Part shown: positions 19,903-28,963 of the stretch, one piece after another | How the letters are laid out: each line of letters begins with the position of its first letter | How positions within the stretch are numbered: position 1 is the first letter of the stretch | Origin: Desulfatiglandales bacterium | GTDB taxonomy: Bacteria > Desulfobacterota > DSM-4660 > Desulfatiglandales > B25-G16 | Direction of reading: 5' to 3' | NCBI GenBank assembly: GCA_035529575.1 | Contig: DATKWM010000009.1 | Location: 150-64,149 of the forward strand | DNA length: 64,000 bases | Translations under genes and position numbers: made by a program | The notes under the pieces: generated by a model | What the model was told of the DNA's origin: nothing | What the model saw: the letters and a program-made list of their open reading frames with translations, nothing else | Database searches by the model: none

Positions 19903-20047
19903 AAGGGAATATAAGTTATGCAAAGCTCTCTCCACAGGTGCTATTCATAGTAAGAAACCCTGTAGCACAGAATTGATGCCATTTTCTGTGTGGGTGAGCG
20001 GACCTTAATTACTCATCCATGAAGAAAAATTGAGGGGACAAGAGCGC

Positions 20048-20842
20048 ATGGATCCATTGATTGCCAAAGGCGCAGATATGATACAAAAATCTGAAAAGAT
20101 TCTCGTGTTCTCAGGGGCCGGACTGAGTACGGAATCGGGTATTCCTGATTTCAGAAGCCCGGGAGGTGTCTGGAGCAGGTACGATCCATCAGATTTTTTC
20201 TTTGATAAAATTGTATCGGATGAAAACACCAGGGAAAAATACTGGCAGATGAGCACAGAGTTTTACCAGACTATGAAAGATGCTGTCCCAAACCGTGCTC
20301 ACCGTGCGATTAAAGTTCTGGAAGACATGGGCAAGCTCCTATCGGTAGTCACCCAGAACATCGACTGGCTTCACCATAAGTCAGGAAACTCGCCAGACAA
20401 AATCATTGAAATTCACGGCACCGCTTTTTCAGTTTCCTGTCTCAGTTGTGGAAAAAAATATGACAGGGATGAAATACAACAACGGATACAATCAGGCGTG
20501 AAAGTCCCGTATTGTGACGATTGCTCCGGTATCCTCAAACCAGATACTATCTCATTTGGCCAGGCCATGCCTGAAGAAAAGATGGCGACCGCAATTATGC
20601 ATGCTCGCGAATGTGATCTCTGTATCGTATTAGGCTCTTCACTCGTTGTGTATCCTGCTGCTTCTGTTCCTCTTACAGCAGTTCAAAGCGGGGCAAAGCT
20701 GATGATAATAAATCGCGATGAAACACCCCTTGATTCCATGGCAAGCCTGGTGATCCATGAATCAGTCTCTCATGTGTTAGGGGATATGCTTGAGATGTCA
20801 ACGACGCCGCCCTCCCGGACGCGGCTTGAAAAAAGGAAATAA
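20048..20842 (+). CDS. cobB: NAD-dependent protein deacylase (Sir2 / CobB family)
   Basis: GAGLSTESGIPDFRS, QNIDWLH and HG motifs. CxxC...CxxC zinc ribbon (CLSCG / CDDCSG). The ORF extends to TTG 20030. Confidence 0.85.
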   Translation: MDPLIAKGADMIQKSEKILVFSGAGLSTESGIPDFRSPGGVWSRYDPSDFFFDKIVSDENTREKYWQMSTEFYQTMKDAVPNRAHRAIKVLEDMGKLLSVVTQNIDWLHHKSGNSPDKIIEIHGTAFSVSCLSCGKKYDRDEIQQRIQSGVKVPYCDDCSGILKPDTISFGQAMPEEKMATAIMHARECDLCIVLGSSLVVYPAASVPLTAVQSGAKLMIINRDETPLDSMASLVIHESVSHVLGDMLEMSTTPPSRTRLEKRK

Positions 20843-20975
20843 CTTATTGGCCGCCCACATTCCTGCTCTTCAGGCTGTGGGATTAAAAGGCAGCGGTAAA
20901 TTTTTTCCTTGAAGCCAGGCAAGATTGCGTCTATATAACATTTTATGTAAAAAATCGAGTTGTAAGGAGGGAATA

Positions 20976-22091
20976 ATGTTACGAATCGGTTTTATTGGGT
21001 GGCGAGGTATGGTTGGATCAGTTCTGCTGGGCCGTATGCAAGAAGAACAGGACTTTAAAGGTTTTGAACCAATATTTTTTACTACCTCAAATGTCAATGG
21101 GAAAGGCCCTGATGTGGGCCTTGACATTCCTCCATTAAAGGATGCCTTTGACATCGAGCTCCTTTCCTCAATGGATATCATTCTGACCTGCCAGGGAGGT
21201 GATTATACAAAGAAAGTGTACCCCGAAGTACGCAACCAAGGATGGAAAGGCTACTGGATAGATTCTGCGTCTGCCCTTCGTATGAAGGATGATAGCATTA
21301 TTGTCCTGGACCCTGTAAACAGGGCTGTGATAGACGCTGGATTATCATCAGGAATCAAAACCTATGTGGGTGGGAACTGTACCGTGAGTCTGATGCTTAT
21401 GGCCCTTTCAGGTCTTTTTGCCTCGGGTCATATTGAGTGGGTATCTTCTATGACCTATCAGTCAGCATCAGGCGCCGGTGCCAAGCACATGAAAGAGTTG
21501 ATTGCCCAAATGACCATCCTCGGGGATACCTCCAGAACCCTGCTTGATGACCCGGCATCCACGGCCATAGCCATTGATGAGGTTGTGACAAAGGAATTGA
21601 GAAGCAACGCATTTCCAGTTGAAAATTTCTCGGCTCCTCTTGCTGGCAGCCTGATTCCATGGATTGACTCTGCAATGGAATCCGGACAGACCAGAGAGGA
21701 ATGGAAAGGCTCCGCTGAAACAAACAAGATTTTGCAAACAAAAAAACCGATACCCGTAGACGGTCTATGCGTTCGCGTGGGTGCCATGAGATGCCACAGT
21801 CAGGGCCTGACCATCAAGCTTGACAAGGATATACCTCTTGATGAAGTCTCTGAGATGATTGAAAAAGGTAATCAGTGGGTGACACTAATCCCTAATGATA
21901 AAGAATCTACCCTTCAATTCTTAACACCTGCAGCGGTAAACTCTACACTGACCATTCCCGTGGGTAGACTGCGAAAGATGCTCTTAGGGCCTGAATATGT
22001 GGCTGCCTTTACTGTGGGAGACCAGCTCCTCTGGGGTGCCGCGGAGCCTATTCGTAGTATATTAAATATCATAATCAGTTACTTATCGTGA
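20976..22091 (+). CDS. asd: aspartate-semialdehyde dehydrogenase
   Basis: AAGGAGGG RBS before ATG 20976. [18 protein letters not shown]-terminus. [13 protein letters not shown] active-site Cys. Confidence 0.9.
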   Translation: MLRIGFIGWRGMVGSVLLGRMQEEQDFKGFEPIFFTTSNVNGKGPDVGLDIPPLKDAFDIELLSSMDIILTCQGGDYTKKVYPEVRNQGWKGYWIDSASALRMKDDSIIVLDPVNRAVIDAGLSSGIKTYVGGNCTVSLMLMALSGLFASGHIEWVSSMTYQSASGAGAKHMKELIAQMTILGDTSRTLLDDPASTAIAIDEVVTKELRSNAFPVENFSAPLAGSLIPWIDSAMESGQTREEWKGSAETNKILQTKKPIPVDGLCVRVGAMRCHSQGLTIKLDKDIPLDEVSEMIEKGNQWVTLIPNDKESTLQFLTPAAVNSTLTIPVGRLRKMLLGPEYVAAFTVGDQLLWGAAEPIRSILNIIISYLS

Positions 22092-22126
22092 TTATTTAAT
22101 ATGTTAGTTTAATCTTTACAAACTCG

Positions 22127-22492
22127 TAGAAAGTCTTTTGCGAGCGATTTTGGCCACTTTTGGAAAGTGATTCATGAAATGCTGAGCGTTAAAATCGCCA
22201 AACTGTTTGAGGAGCATGTGTATGTCTTTTTTTGTCAAATGCCCAAAACAAAGGCCCGTTCAGGGGCGTTTCAAAAAGGTGCATATGTACGGAGTAATAG
22301 AAGACAAGGGCATGTTGCTTTGCACCATTTTGAAACGGCCCACTACTGTGAATTTATAGGGCATTACAAAAAAAGACATACACATGCTCCTTCTCAGACT
22401 CTTAGGCCGAGTTTTTGGAATTTAGCGAAGCATTTCATGAATCCCAAAATGGGCATCATGAGCGAGTAAAAGGACTTTTTGCGAGACTATCA
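22127..22492 (+). mobile_element. about 366-bp quasi-palindromic repeat element, copy A (MITE-like or structured-RNA-like; no transposase)
   Basis: About 94% identical, by manual alignment, to the reverse complement of 48781-49162. Internal perfect inverted repeats 22211-22235/22366-22390 (25 bp) and 22169-22183/22429-22443 (15 bp). Confidence 0.7.
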
Positions 22493-22530
22493 ATCTTAGA
22501 ATCCATTAGAACCGTATGTTCAGGGCTCAA

Positions 22531-23574
22531 CTACGACTGCCCCATTATCTCCCCTAAACACATCAAGGTCGTATTAATATCCTCTGAGCTAATTCCGTAG
22601 TGCGTCACCAGCCGAAATCGAGATGGTCCGGTAGCCGATAGCTTGATTCCTTTCTTTTTAAGTTGCTTCATGAACACATCCATCGCAATTTTATCACTGA
22701 CAAGATCGAAATAAATAATATTCGTCTGTACCATTTCGAGGTTAATTGACAATCCAGGAATCTGAGCAATACCTTCGGCAAGGCAGCGGGCATTGATATG
22801 ATCCTCTGCCAGTCGATCAACCATCTGTTCCAGGGCGATAGTTCCTGGTGCAGCAATGACCCCTGTCTGGCGCATCCCACCGCCTAATATCTTACGTGTC
22901 CGTAGTGCTCGGGCAATGAATTCTTTCGAACCACACACAACTGAGCCAACTGGCGAGGAAAGCCCCTTTGACAAGCAAAAAATCAGGGAATCAACGCTTT
23001 GAGTTAATTCCTTGACATCTACTCCCAAGGCAACAGCGGCGTTGAATATCCGAGCACCATCAAGGTGTAATAGGAGGTCATACCGTCTTGCCAGTGCTGC
23101 GACTGATTCAATATACTGAGAAGTCAGAGCAGCTCCATTGCAGCGGTTATGGGTGTTCTCAAGGCAGATCAGCCTTGTGCGTGGAAAGTGTATGTTATCG
23201 CCACGAATGGCAGCCTCAATGTCCTCTAAACGTAATGTACCGTCAGGCTGATTGGGAATAATATGCGGCTGTATTCCACCCAATGCTGACATGCCACCAG
23301 CTTCGTTAATAAACATATGCGACGCATCACCCAGGATTACTTCTTCTCCCCTGGCGCAATGAGTGAGCATACATATCAGGTTACCCATTGTCCCGCTCGA
23401 GACCAGAAGCGCCGCTTCCTTTCCCATCTGTTCGGCGGCCATCTTCTCAAGGCGTTGAGTAGATGGATCCTCACCATATACATCATCACCCAGCTCTGCA
23501 TGATACATAGCCTTCCGCATCGGTTCCGTTGGCAACGTAACAGTGTCACTACGCAAATCAATGATTTTCATCAA
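22531..23574 (-). CDS. ltaE: low-specificity L-threonine aldolase (PLP, beta-eliminating lyase fold)
   Basis: DLRSDTVTLPT...GDDVYGEDPS...SGTMGN N-terminal signature. Confidence 0.85.
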   Translation of the reverse strand: MMKIIDLRSDTVTLPTEPMRKAMYHAELGDDVYGEDPSTQRLEKMAAEQMGKEAALLVSSGTMGNLICMLTHCARGEEVILGDASHMFINEAGGMSALGGIQPHIIPNQPDGTLRLEDIEAAIRGDNIHFPRTRLICLENTHNRCNGAALTSQYIESVAALARRYDLLLHLDGARIFNAAVALGVDVKELTQSVDSLIFCLSKGLSSPVGSVVCGSKEFIARALRTRKILGGGMRQTGVIAAPGTIALEQMVDRLAEDHINARCLAEGIAQIPGLSINLEMVQTNIIYFDLVSDKIAMDVFMKQLKKKGIKLSATGPSRFRLVTHYGISSEDINTTLMCLGEIMGQS

Positions 23575-24086
23575 TTTTCTCCCATCGAAGGTTACATGCG
23601 CACAATTCGCAGCATGAATGTAATATTCGTCTCATCATTTATAATAAAAGAATCCTGTTGTAAATAATACCGCCTGATGAACTATTTCGAGATTCTTTCT
23701 ATCACCTCTGAATAATTTTTTTTGCAATCACCGTGCAATTCCTTCAATCTCGTTAAATAATTCTCTTTCTTTTTAGAAATCTTTATGGCTTGAAGGTTAT
23801 CTATGACCACATGCACTGTGCCGTTTATCGCTCCCATGAGAAGTTCGCATGCCACTTGAAGGTGGGGTGACCATCTGTTGTGGAACCAGACAGTTCAGTT
23901 GATCAATCCATATTTTTATACCCTCAATAGTTACTATTTTATACACCGTGGCCCGTTTTTGTTCTCAAAAGAGATAGGAATCGGGAAGGCATCACACGAT
24001 AGAGCAGTAAGAATTGATACTGCTGATGGTGATCAGATCCTTTGTGAAAGATAGACAATGAAAGAACCTGATGAGCCAGAAAAGGC

Positions 24087-24509
24087 CTAAATTGACTCCA
24101 AAAGGGATGTAATCATCGCCGTCTGGTCTTGGTCGGCCATCTTGAATTTCACACCGACTCCCTGTGTGGTAGACCTGACAACTTCTCCAGTAACCTTGAT
24201 ATGTTTCTGGTAGTTTGGGAGCGGAAAAGTCAGTGAAACCTCCTGCCCAACAGTAAACGGCATATGGGTTTGTATAAACACTCCGCCAGTACTTATGTCT
24301 TGAATGAAATCCTTGTAGATATGATCCTGCGTAGAGTAATCTACGGCCATAAGGAAGGGTTTCCTTACATGTTTTCTTCTTCCTTCAAATGGCTTTTCCT
24401 CTAAGTCTTTCAGGAGGGTTCGCTGCTCGTCTTCGGGCATATTCTTAATCAATTCAATCAAACGGGCAGTAATTCTGGATTCATTCGATTGTATCTCGAA
24501 AGTAGTCAT
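24087..24509 (-). CDS. PilZ domain protein
   Basis: RRKHVR...DISTGGVFI PilZ motifs (RxxxR ... D/NxSxxG). Confidence 0.75.
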   Translation of the reverse strand: MTTFEIQSNESRITARLIELIKNMPEDEQRTLLKDLEEKPFEGRRKHVRKPFLMAVDYSTQDHIYKDFIQDISTGGVFIQTHMPFTVGQEVSLTFPLPNYQKHIKVTGEVVRSTTQGVGVKFKMADQDQTAMITSLLESI

Positions 24510-24756
24510 TCTAAAACTCCTTATAAGAGAAATAGATAGAGACTATGATACGTTTTTTGTTGATATGAAGCCTATTGCTGTTACTACACTTATTTTTAGT
24601 AGTATAGTAAAATATAGCCTGAATGTCAAAATATAAAAATATCGCGTGAGTTTAACACAAACTTTTCAGAATTTTGTAATTGCAATTGTCCTTTTTTTGT
24701 TTCTTTCATTGGCTCCCTTCACAATTCATACACTATCAGCGAGCCGAAATTATACG

Positions 24757-25524
24757 CTAAAGTGTTATACTAAAACCAGGTTCTGGAACCATCAGGTTCA
24801 GTGAGCCTGCCATCTGCGTGAATCTTTGCATCTCATCAATCACCTTGCTTCGCACCTTTCTTTGTATATGGACAAGGGCAAGAGTAGATGCGCCACATTG
24901 TTTCGCCATCTTAATCGATCCCGTAACGGTTCCGTGTCCTGGGATTTCGACCTCTAAAGAGAAAGCCTCATGGATGATAAGTTGGCTGCCCTTCGCAAGG
25001 GACATGCTTTCAGGTGTGGCCTTGCCATCACCACTGTAATAGATCGATTTTTCCTGTGCGTCTATTCTCAAGGCCAAATCTCTTTGGGAATGACTGGTAA
25101 CAGCAGCCTGAAAAATAAGGCCAAAAATCGTTACCTCCTTCTCTGGCTCCACCTCCCTGAAATTAAGTGGGAATCCTAATCTTTCATACATACCAGGATA
25201 GGCAAGATCAAGAGATGTGCGCATGAAGGTAGCTATGCCCTTTTGTCCTAAGAGTGTTAATGCCTTTTTGCGTCCTTCTTCCCAGAAGCGAACCAATAAT
25301 GCAGGAATCCCCAGGCAATGGTCACCGTGAAAATGGGAAATCCATATACCGTCAAGTATATCAGCATCTGGCTCTTCCCTCCAGAACTGAGGCGGAGCAG
25401 TAAAGCCGCAGTCAAGCAGCAATGTGACAGGGGTGGCTCCCACCCTATAGCGAATCAAAATAGATGTGTTTGGAAGCTTCTCGTCAAATGCCTCACCAAC
25501 ACCCAAAAAAATTACTTCGATCAT
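24757..25524 (-). CDS. MBL-fold metallo-hydrolase (RNase Z / BN-like)
   Basis: MIEVIFLGVGEAF...LLDCG...SHFHGDH. The ORF extends to 25542. Confidence 0.75.
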   Translation of the reverse strand: MIEVIFLGVGEAFDEKLPNTSILIRYRVGATPVTLLLDCGFTAPPQFWREEPDADILDGIWISHFHGDHCLGIPALLVRFWEEGRKKALTLLGQKGIATFMRTSLDLAYPGMYERLGFPLNFREVEPEKEVTIFGLIFQAAVTSHSQRDLALRIDAQEKSIYYSGDGKATPESMSLAKGSQLIIHEAFSLEVEIPGHGTVTGSIKMAKQCGASTLALVHIQRKVRSKVIDEMQRFTQMAGSLNLMVPEPGFSITL

Positions 25525-25868
25525 AACTCCTCCACATTTCAACCAATCTATTGTAAATGATTGGAGACATGACAGTTCAGTATTCCTATTGCCCTACCAG
25601 CAAATTACTATACTATACTTTTCCATTGCTACATCTTTCACACACATTACCTCTTCCTCTTTTTATGTGAGCTCTTTTGGTGAAAGTTGCAATCCCTGTC
25701 AAACTCTAAACCCATTATGAGATGTTTGTAAATATAAATTGCGTGCGAAACACTACCCTTGTTACAATCTTATGCAAAATCCCAAAAAAATAATTGAGCT
25801 TATCAATTGAAAAATGAACGGCAAATAGATACGATAAGGCTGTAACTCACAAAAAAAAGGTGAACACC

Positions 25869-26912
25869 ATGCCCGAATTACGACAAAATCCTATTACAAA
25901 AGACTGGGTAATAATAGCTCCGGAGCGACGCAAGCGGCCTAATCAATTTAGGCATCATACGGTCAAGGGAAAAATACCTAAACCGGATAGGGAAGAGAAA
26001 GATAAATGTCCATTTTGCCCGGGAAACGAAGAGATTTGTGGAAAAGCTGTTCTAGCATACTATGAAGAGCCTGGGGAGGATGTGCAATCCCAATGGACTC
26101 TGAGGGTAGTGCAAAATAAATTTCCTGCGTTAGTCGAAGGCAAGGAAACATCTCGAATCACAGAGGGCGCTGGAAATTTTTTTATAAAAATGAACGGAGT
26201 GGGCTACCATGAGGTAGTAATTGAACACCCGGAACATTTCCAGACGATTGCTACAATGCCATGTCAATCTGTTGAGCGTATACTTTCATCATACATAGAA
26301 CGATACCAGGTGCTCATACAGAAACCCAATGTAGAGTTAATAACTATATTTAGAAATAATGGTCCAGGAGCCGGCACATCATTACGGCATCCGCATTCCC
26401 AGATAATTGCCAGCCCAATCATTCCAATTCATATCCGGCATACGATAGAAGAGGCGGTGAGATATTTCGATACCATGGGCAGGTGTATATACTGCAACAT
26501 GATAGAGCAAGAAAAAATTTCAGGAAAAAGACTCATATCAGAAACTGAACATTTTATTGCGTTTGCTCCCTTTTCCTCACGAAGTCCTTTTGAAACGTGG
26601 ATTCTTCCAAAAAAACACAGGGCGTCATTTGCAAAAACCTCTGCTATTGAAAAGAAAGATTTAGCAAGGATATTAATTGATATCTTACAAAGATTATATT
26701 ACGGGCTTGATAATCCGGATTATAATTACATGATTCATTCGGCACCATATCAAGAGGATCCTGCGGACTATTATCATTGGCATCTCCAAATACTTCCAAA
26801 ACTCTATAAAGTGGCGGGATTTGAATTGGGCTCTGGTATATATCTAAACAGTGCGAGCCCTGAAGAAAATGCGAAATACTTAAAGGAAATAAAGCCGGAT
26901 GTTTTAGAATAA
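25869..26912 (+). CDS. galT: galactose-1-phosphate uridylyltransferase family (HIT superfamily) nucleotidyltransferase
   Basis: CPFCPGNE zinc motif and HPHSQI active-site His motif. A GTG at 25860 is also possible. Confidence 0.8.
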   Translation: MPELRQNPITKDWVIIAPERRKRPNQFRHHTVKGKIPKPDREEKDKCPFCPGNEEICGKAVLAYYEEPGEDVQSQWTLRVVQNKFPALVEGKETSRITEGAGNFFIKMNGVGYHEVVIEHPEHFQTIATMPCQSVERILSSYIERYQVLIQKPNVELITIFRNNGPGAGTSLRHPHSQIIASPIIPIHIRHTIEEAVRYFDTMGRCIYCNMIEQEKISGKRLISETEHFIAFAPFSSRSPFETWILPKKHRASFAKTSAIEKKDLARILIDILQRLYYGLDNPDYNYMIHSAPYQEDPADYYHWHLQILPKLYKVAGFELGSGIYLNSASPEENAKYLKEIKPDVLE

Positions 26913-26985
26913 TATAAAGAAACTTTCCTGATCGCTGTCTCAATAATTTATGAACGCTGAGCGATACGGTGAATTTTCAAAGAAT
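26690..26985 (+). repeat. galT 3'-end segment duplicated in direct orientation at 43098-43385
   Basis: 26714-26880 versus 43124-43290 shows 1 mismatch in 167 nt. Homology decays gradually on both flanks. Confidence 0.75.
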
Positions 26986-27067
26986 AACTGACGCAGGGAG
27001 CCATAAGTTTCACTGATTTTCAGAACTAGTAGGAATATTTGTCCTTCAGCTTCCTATCATTTTGCTG

Positions 27068-27949
27068 TTAGCGTTGAATCTTGGGATTGAGTTCTTCTCT
27101 AAGCCAGTCGGCAAAGAGATTGATCCCTACCACCAACAGGACCAAGGCGGCGCCTGGAAAGACCACGAGCCACCACATGCCTGCATATATATAGTCTTTC
27201 CCGATAGAGATCATCATTCCCAGGGATGGTTCTGTGAGAGGGACCCCCACACCCAGGAAGCTCAGGGTCGCCTCCAGCATGATGACTACTGCCAGATCCA
27301 CGGCCATGACTACAAAAATGGGGGGGATCGCATTGGGGAGCAGGTGCCTCAAGAGAAGCCTGAAATCTTGAGCCCCAGTTGCCTTTGCAGCCATGATATA
27401 GACCTCCTCTTTGACCTCTAAAACGCTGCCTCGCATGGTTCGTGCATACCTGACCCAGTCTGCGATGCAGATAGCGATGATGACCACCAGCACGCTACGT
27501 TGTTTAAACAGCCCCAACATGAGTAAGGCCATCAGGGTGGTTGAAAAGGAGAAGAAGGTGTCGGCCAACCGCATGATCACCGAATCCAGGTGTCCTCCAT
27601 AATAACCGGCCAGCAAACCCATGGTGATGCCAAAGGTGCCGGCGATTATGAGCACTCCGAATCCCACGGTCAGGGAAGTCCTGCATCCATAAAGGATGGT
27701 GCTGAATATGCCCCGCCCCTGATCGTCGGTTCCCAAAAGAAACGGGGGCTCCCCCCCCTTCATCCAGAGAGGGGGTTTCAGAAAATGTTCAAGGCTCACC
27801 TTCTTCAGGTCATAGGGGTTCTGGGGCGCAATCAATGGCGCAAAAAGGGTAGCAAAAATAAAGACCACAAGGATAAAGCTTCCTACAAGGGCGGACGGGT
27901 CACATAGGTAGTTGTAGAGTAGCTTCGATTTAATGAGCCGTTTATTCAT
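27068..27949 (-). CDS. peptide/nickel ABC transporter permease (DppC/OppC type)
   Basis: 293 aa with 6 TM segments. EAA-like loop AKATGAQDFRLLLRHLLPN. Confidence 0.85.
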   Translation of the reverse strand: MNKRLIKSKLLYNYLCDPSALVGSFILVVFIFATLFAPLIAPQNPYDLKKVSLEHFLKPPLWMKGGEPPFLLGTDDQGRGIFSTILYGCRTSLTVGFGVLIIAGTFGITMGLLAGYYGGHLDSVIMRLADTFFSFSTTLMALLMLGLFKQRSVLVVIIAICIADWVRYARTMRGSVLEVKEEVYIMAAKATGAQDFRLLLRHLLPNAIPPIFVVMAVDLAVVIMLEATLSFLGVGVPLTEPSLGMMISIGKDYIYAGMWWLVVFPGAALVLLVVGINLFADWLREELNPKIQR

Positions 27950-28907
27950 ATCGAATCTTGGGGTTCAGATAGGCGTAGAGGACATCCACGATGATATTGA
28001 GGCTCAGGATGATGAGTGCAGCCAGCATGATGTAGGTAACAATAACAGGTTGATCTGCCTCATAGATGGAAATCAGCAAGAGGTTTCCCATCCCCGGCCA
28101 TTGGAATATCGTTTCTGTGACAATGGAAAAGGCGATTAATTCTCCAAATTGAAGACCTGTCATGGTCACCACCGGTATCAAGGCATTTCTCAAGGCATGC
28201 TTGAAGATCACCTTTCTGGGTGGAAGCCCCTTGGACCAGGCCGTCTTGATATACTCTTCAGTCAACACCTCTCGCATGCCCGCCCGGGTCAGACGCAGCA
28301 GCACTGCAAGCTGGTACATGCCCAGTGTAAAAGCAGGAAGAATCAAATGCGTAATCCCGCTCCAGGTCAGAAGGCCGGTCCGCCAGAACCCAATAGTAAC
28401 CGTCTCTCCCCGACCAAAAGGCGGGAGAACTCCCAGGTAGACCGCAAAGACCATGATGAGCAGGATCCCGGTGAGAAAAGTGGGGATGGAGATGTTGAAG
28501 AGGGAACCCGCCATGATGAATCGGTTCCTGAGGGCGTAGGGCTTCAGGGACACCAGAACGCCCAGCACCACACCCAGCACAAAGGCGATGAACACGGCCG
28601 ATGTGGCGAGCTCCACGGTAGCAGGGAAGCGTTCCATGATGAGGCCGAAGGCCGGCACACGGCTCACAAAAGACTTTCCGAAGTTGCCCTGGGCGGCATT
28701 GGCGATAAAGCGTGTATATTGTATGTAAAAGGGCCTATCGAGGCCAAAGGCCTTCCTCACCATCTCCCGCTCCTGAAAGGTAGCATACCTTCCAGCAAGC
28801 GATACAACAGGATCTCCTGAATAGCGGAAGATGATGAAGCAGATAAAGGAGACGGCCAGGAGAACGACCACGCCTTGAATCAGCCTTCGTGTAATGTAAG
28901 TGACCAT
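27942..28907 (-). CDS. peptide/nickel ABC transporter permease (DppB/OppB type)
   Basis: MVTYITRRLIQGVVVLLAVSFICFIIF N-terminus is typical of DppB. TAWSKGLPPRKVIFKHALRNA. Confidence 0.85.
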   Translation of the reverse strand: MVTYITRRLIQGVVVLLAVSFICFIIFRYSGDPVVSLAGRYATFQEREMVRKAFGLDRPFYIQYTRFIANAAQGNFGKSFVSRVPAFGLIMERFPATVELATSAVFIAFVLGVVLGVLVSLKPYALRNRFIMAGSLFNISIPTFLTGILLIMVFAVYLGVLPPFGRGETVTIGFWRTGLLTWSGITHLILPAFTLGMYQLAVLLRLTRAGMREVLTEEYIKTAWSKGLPPRKVIFKHALRNALIPVVTMTGLQFGELIAFSIVTETIFQWPGMGNLLLISIYEADQPVIVTYIMLAALIILSLNIIVDVLYAYLNPKIRYE

Positions 28908-28963
28908 ATCTGTGAAAGGGAGGGCCGGAAATACATCCGGCCCTCATTTCTCTGCAAGGGTTA

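Noticed and set aside
20048-20842. The Sir2-domain protein considered as a possible defence-system (NAD-depleting) effector.
   Set aside because: It has the full catalytic motifs plus the CxxC...CxxC zinc ribbon of housekeeping CobB-type deacylases. It stands alone between an MBL hydrolase and asd, with no partner genes typical of Sir2-based defence loci.
22167-22469. A 100-aa ORF inside palindromic element copy A, and its 68-aa counterpart at 48844-49050 in copy B.
   Set aside because: The two copies differ mostly by non-synonymous changes. The N-terminal third is destroyed in copy B by the 19-nt hairpin insertion. There is no RBS, and the sequence is explained by the inverted-repeat structure. 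I treat it as non-coding.
23682-23855. Unlisted small minus-strand ORF (51 aa from ATG 23837, 57 aa from GTG 23855): ...MGAINGTVHVVIDNLQAIKISKKKENYLTRLKELHGDCKKNYSEVIERISK.
   Set aside because: The composition is protein-like, but there is no RBS before either start, no recognisable motif, and no second line of evidence. It may be a gene remnant in the 510-bp spacer. Not called.
27590-28820. Long plus-strand ORFs (105, 223 and 92 aa) antisense to the peptide ABC permease genes. Similar antisense ORFs lie at 15924-16316, 17859-18224, 21448-21787 and 33699-34184.
   Set aside because: Their composition is low-complexity and Arg/Pro/Gly/His-rich. They lie opposite well-supported genes with clear family motifs. 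This is the typical shadow-ORF artefact of GC-richer coding sequence.
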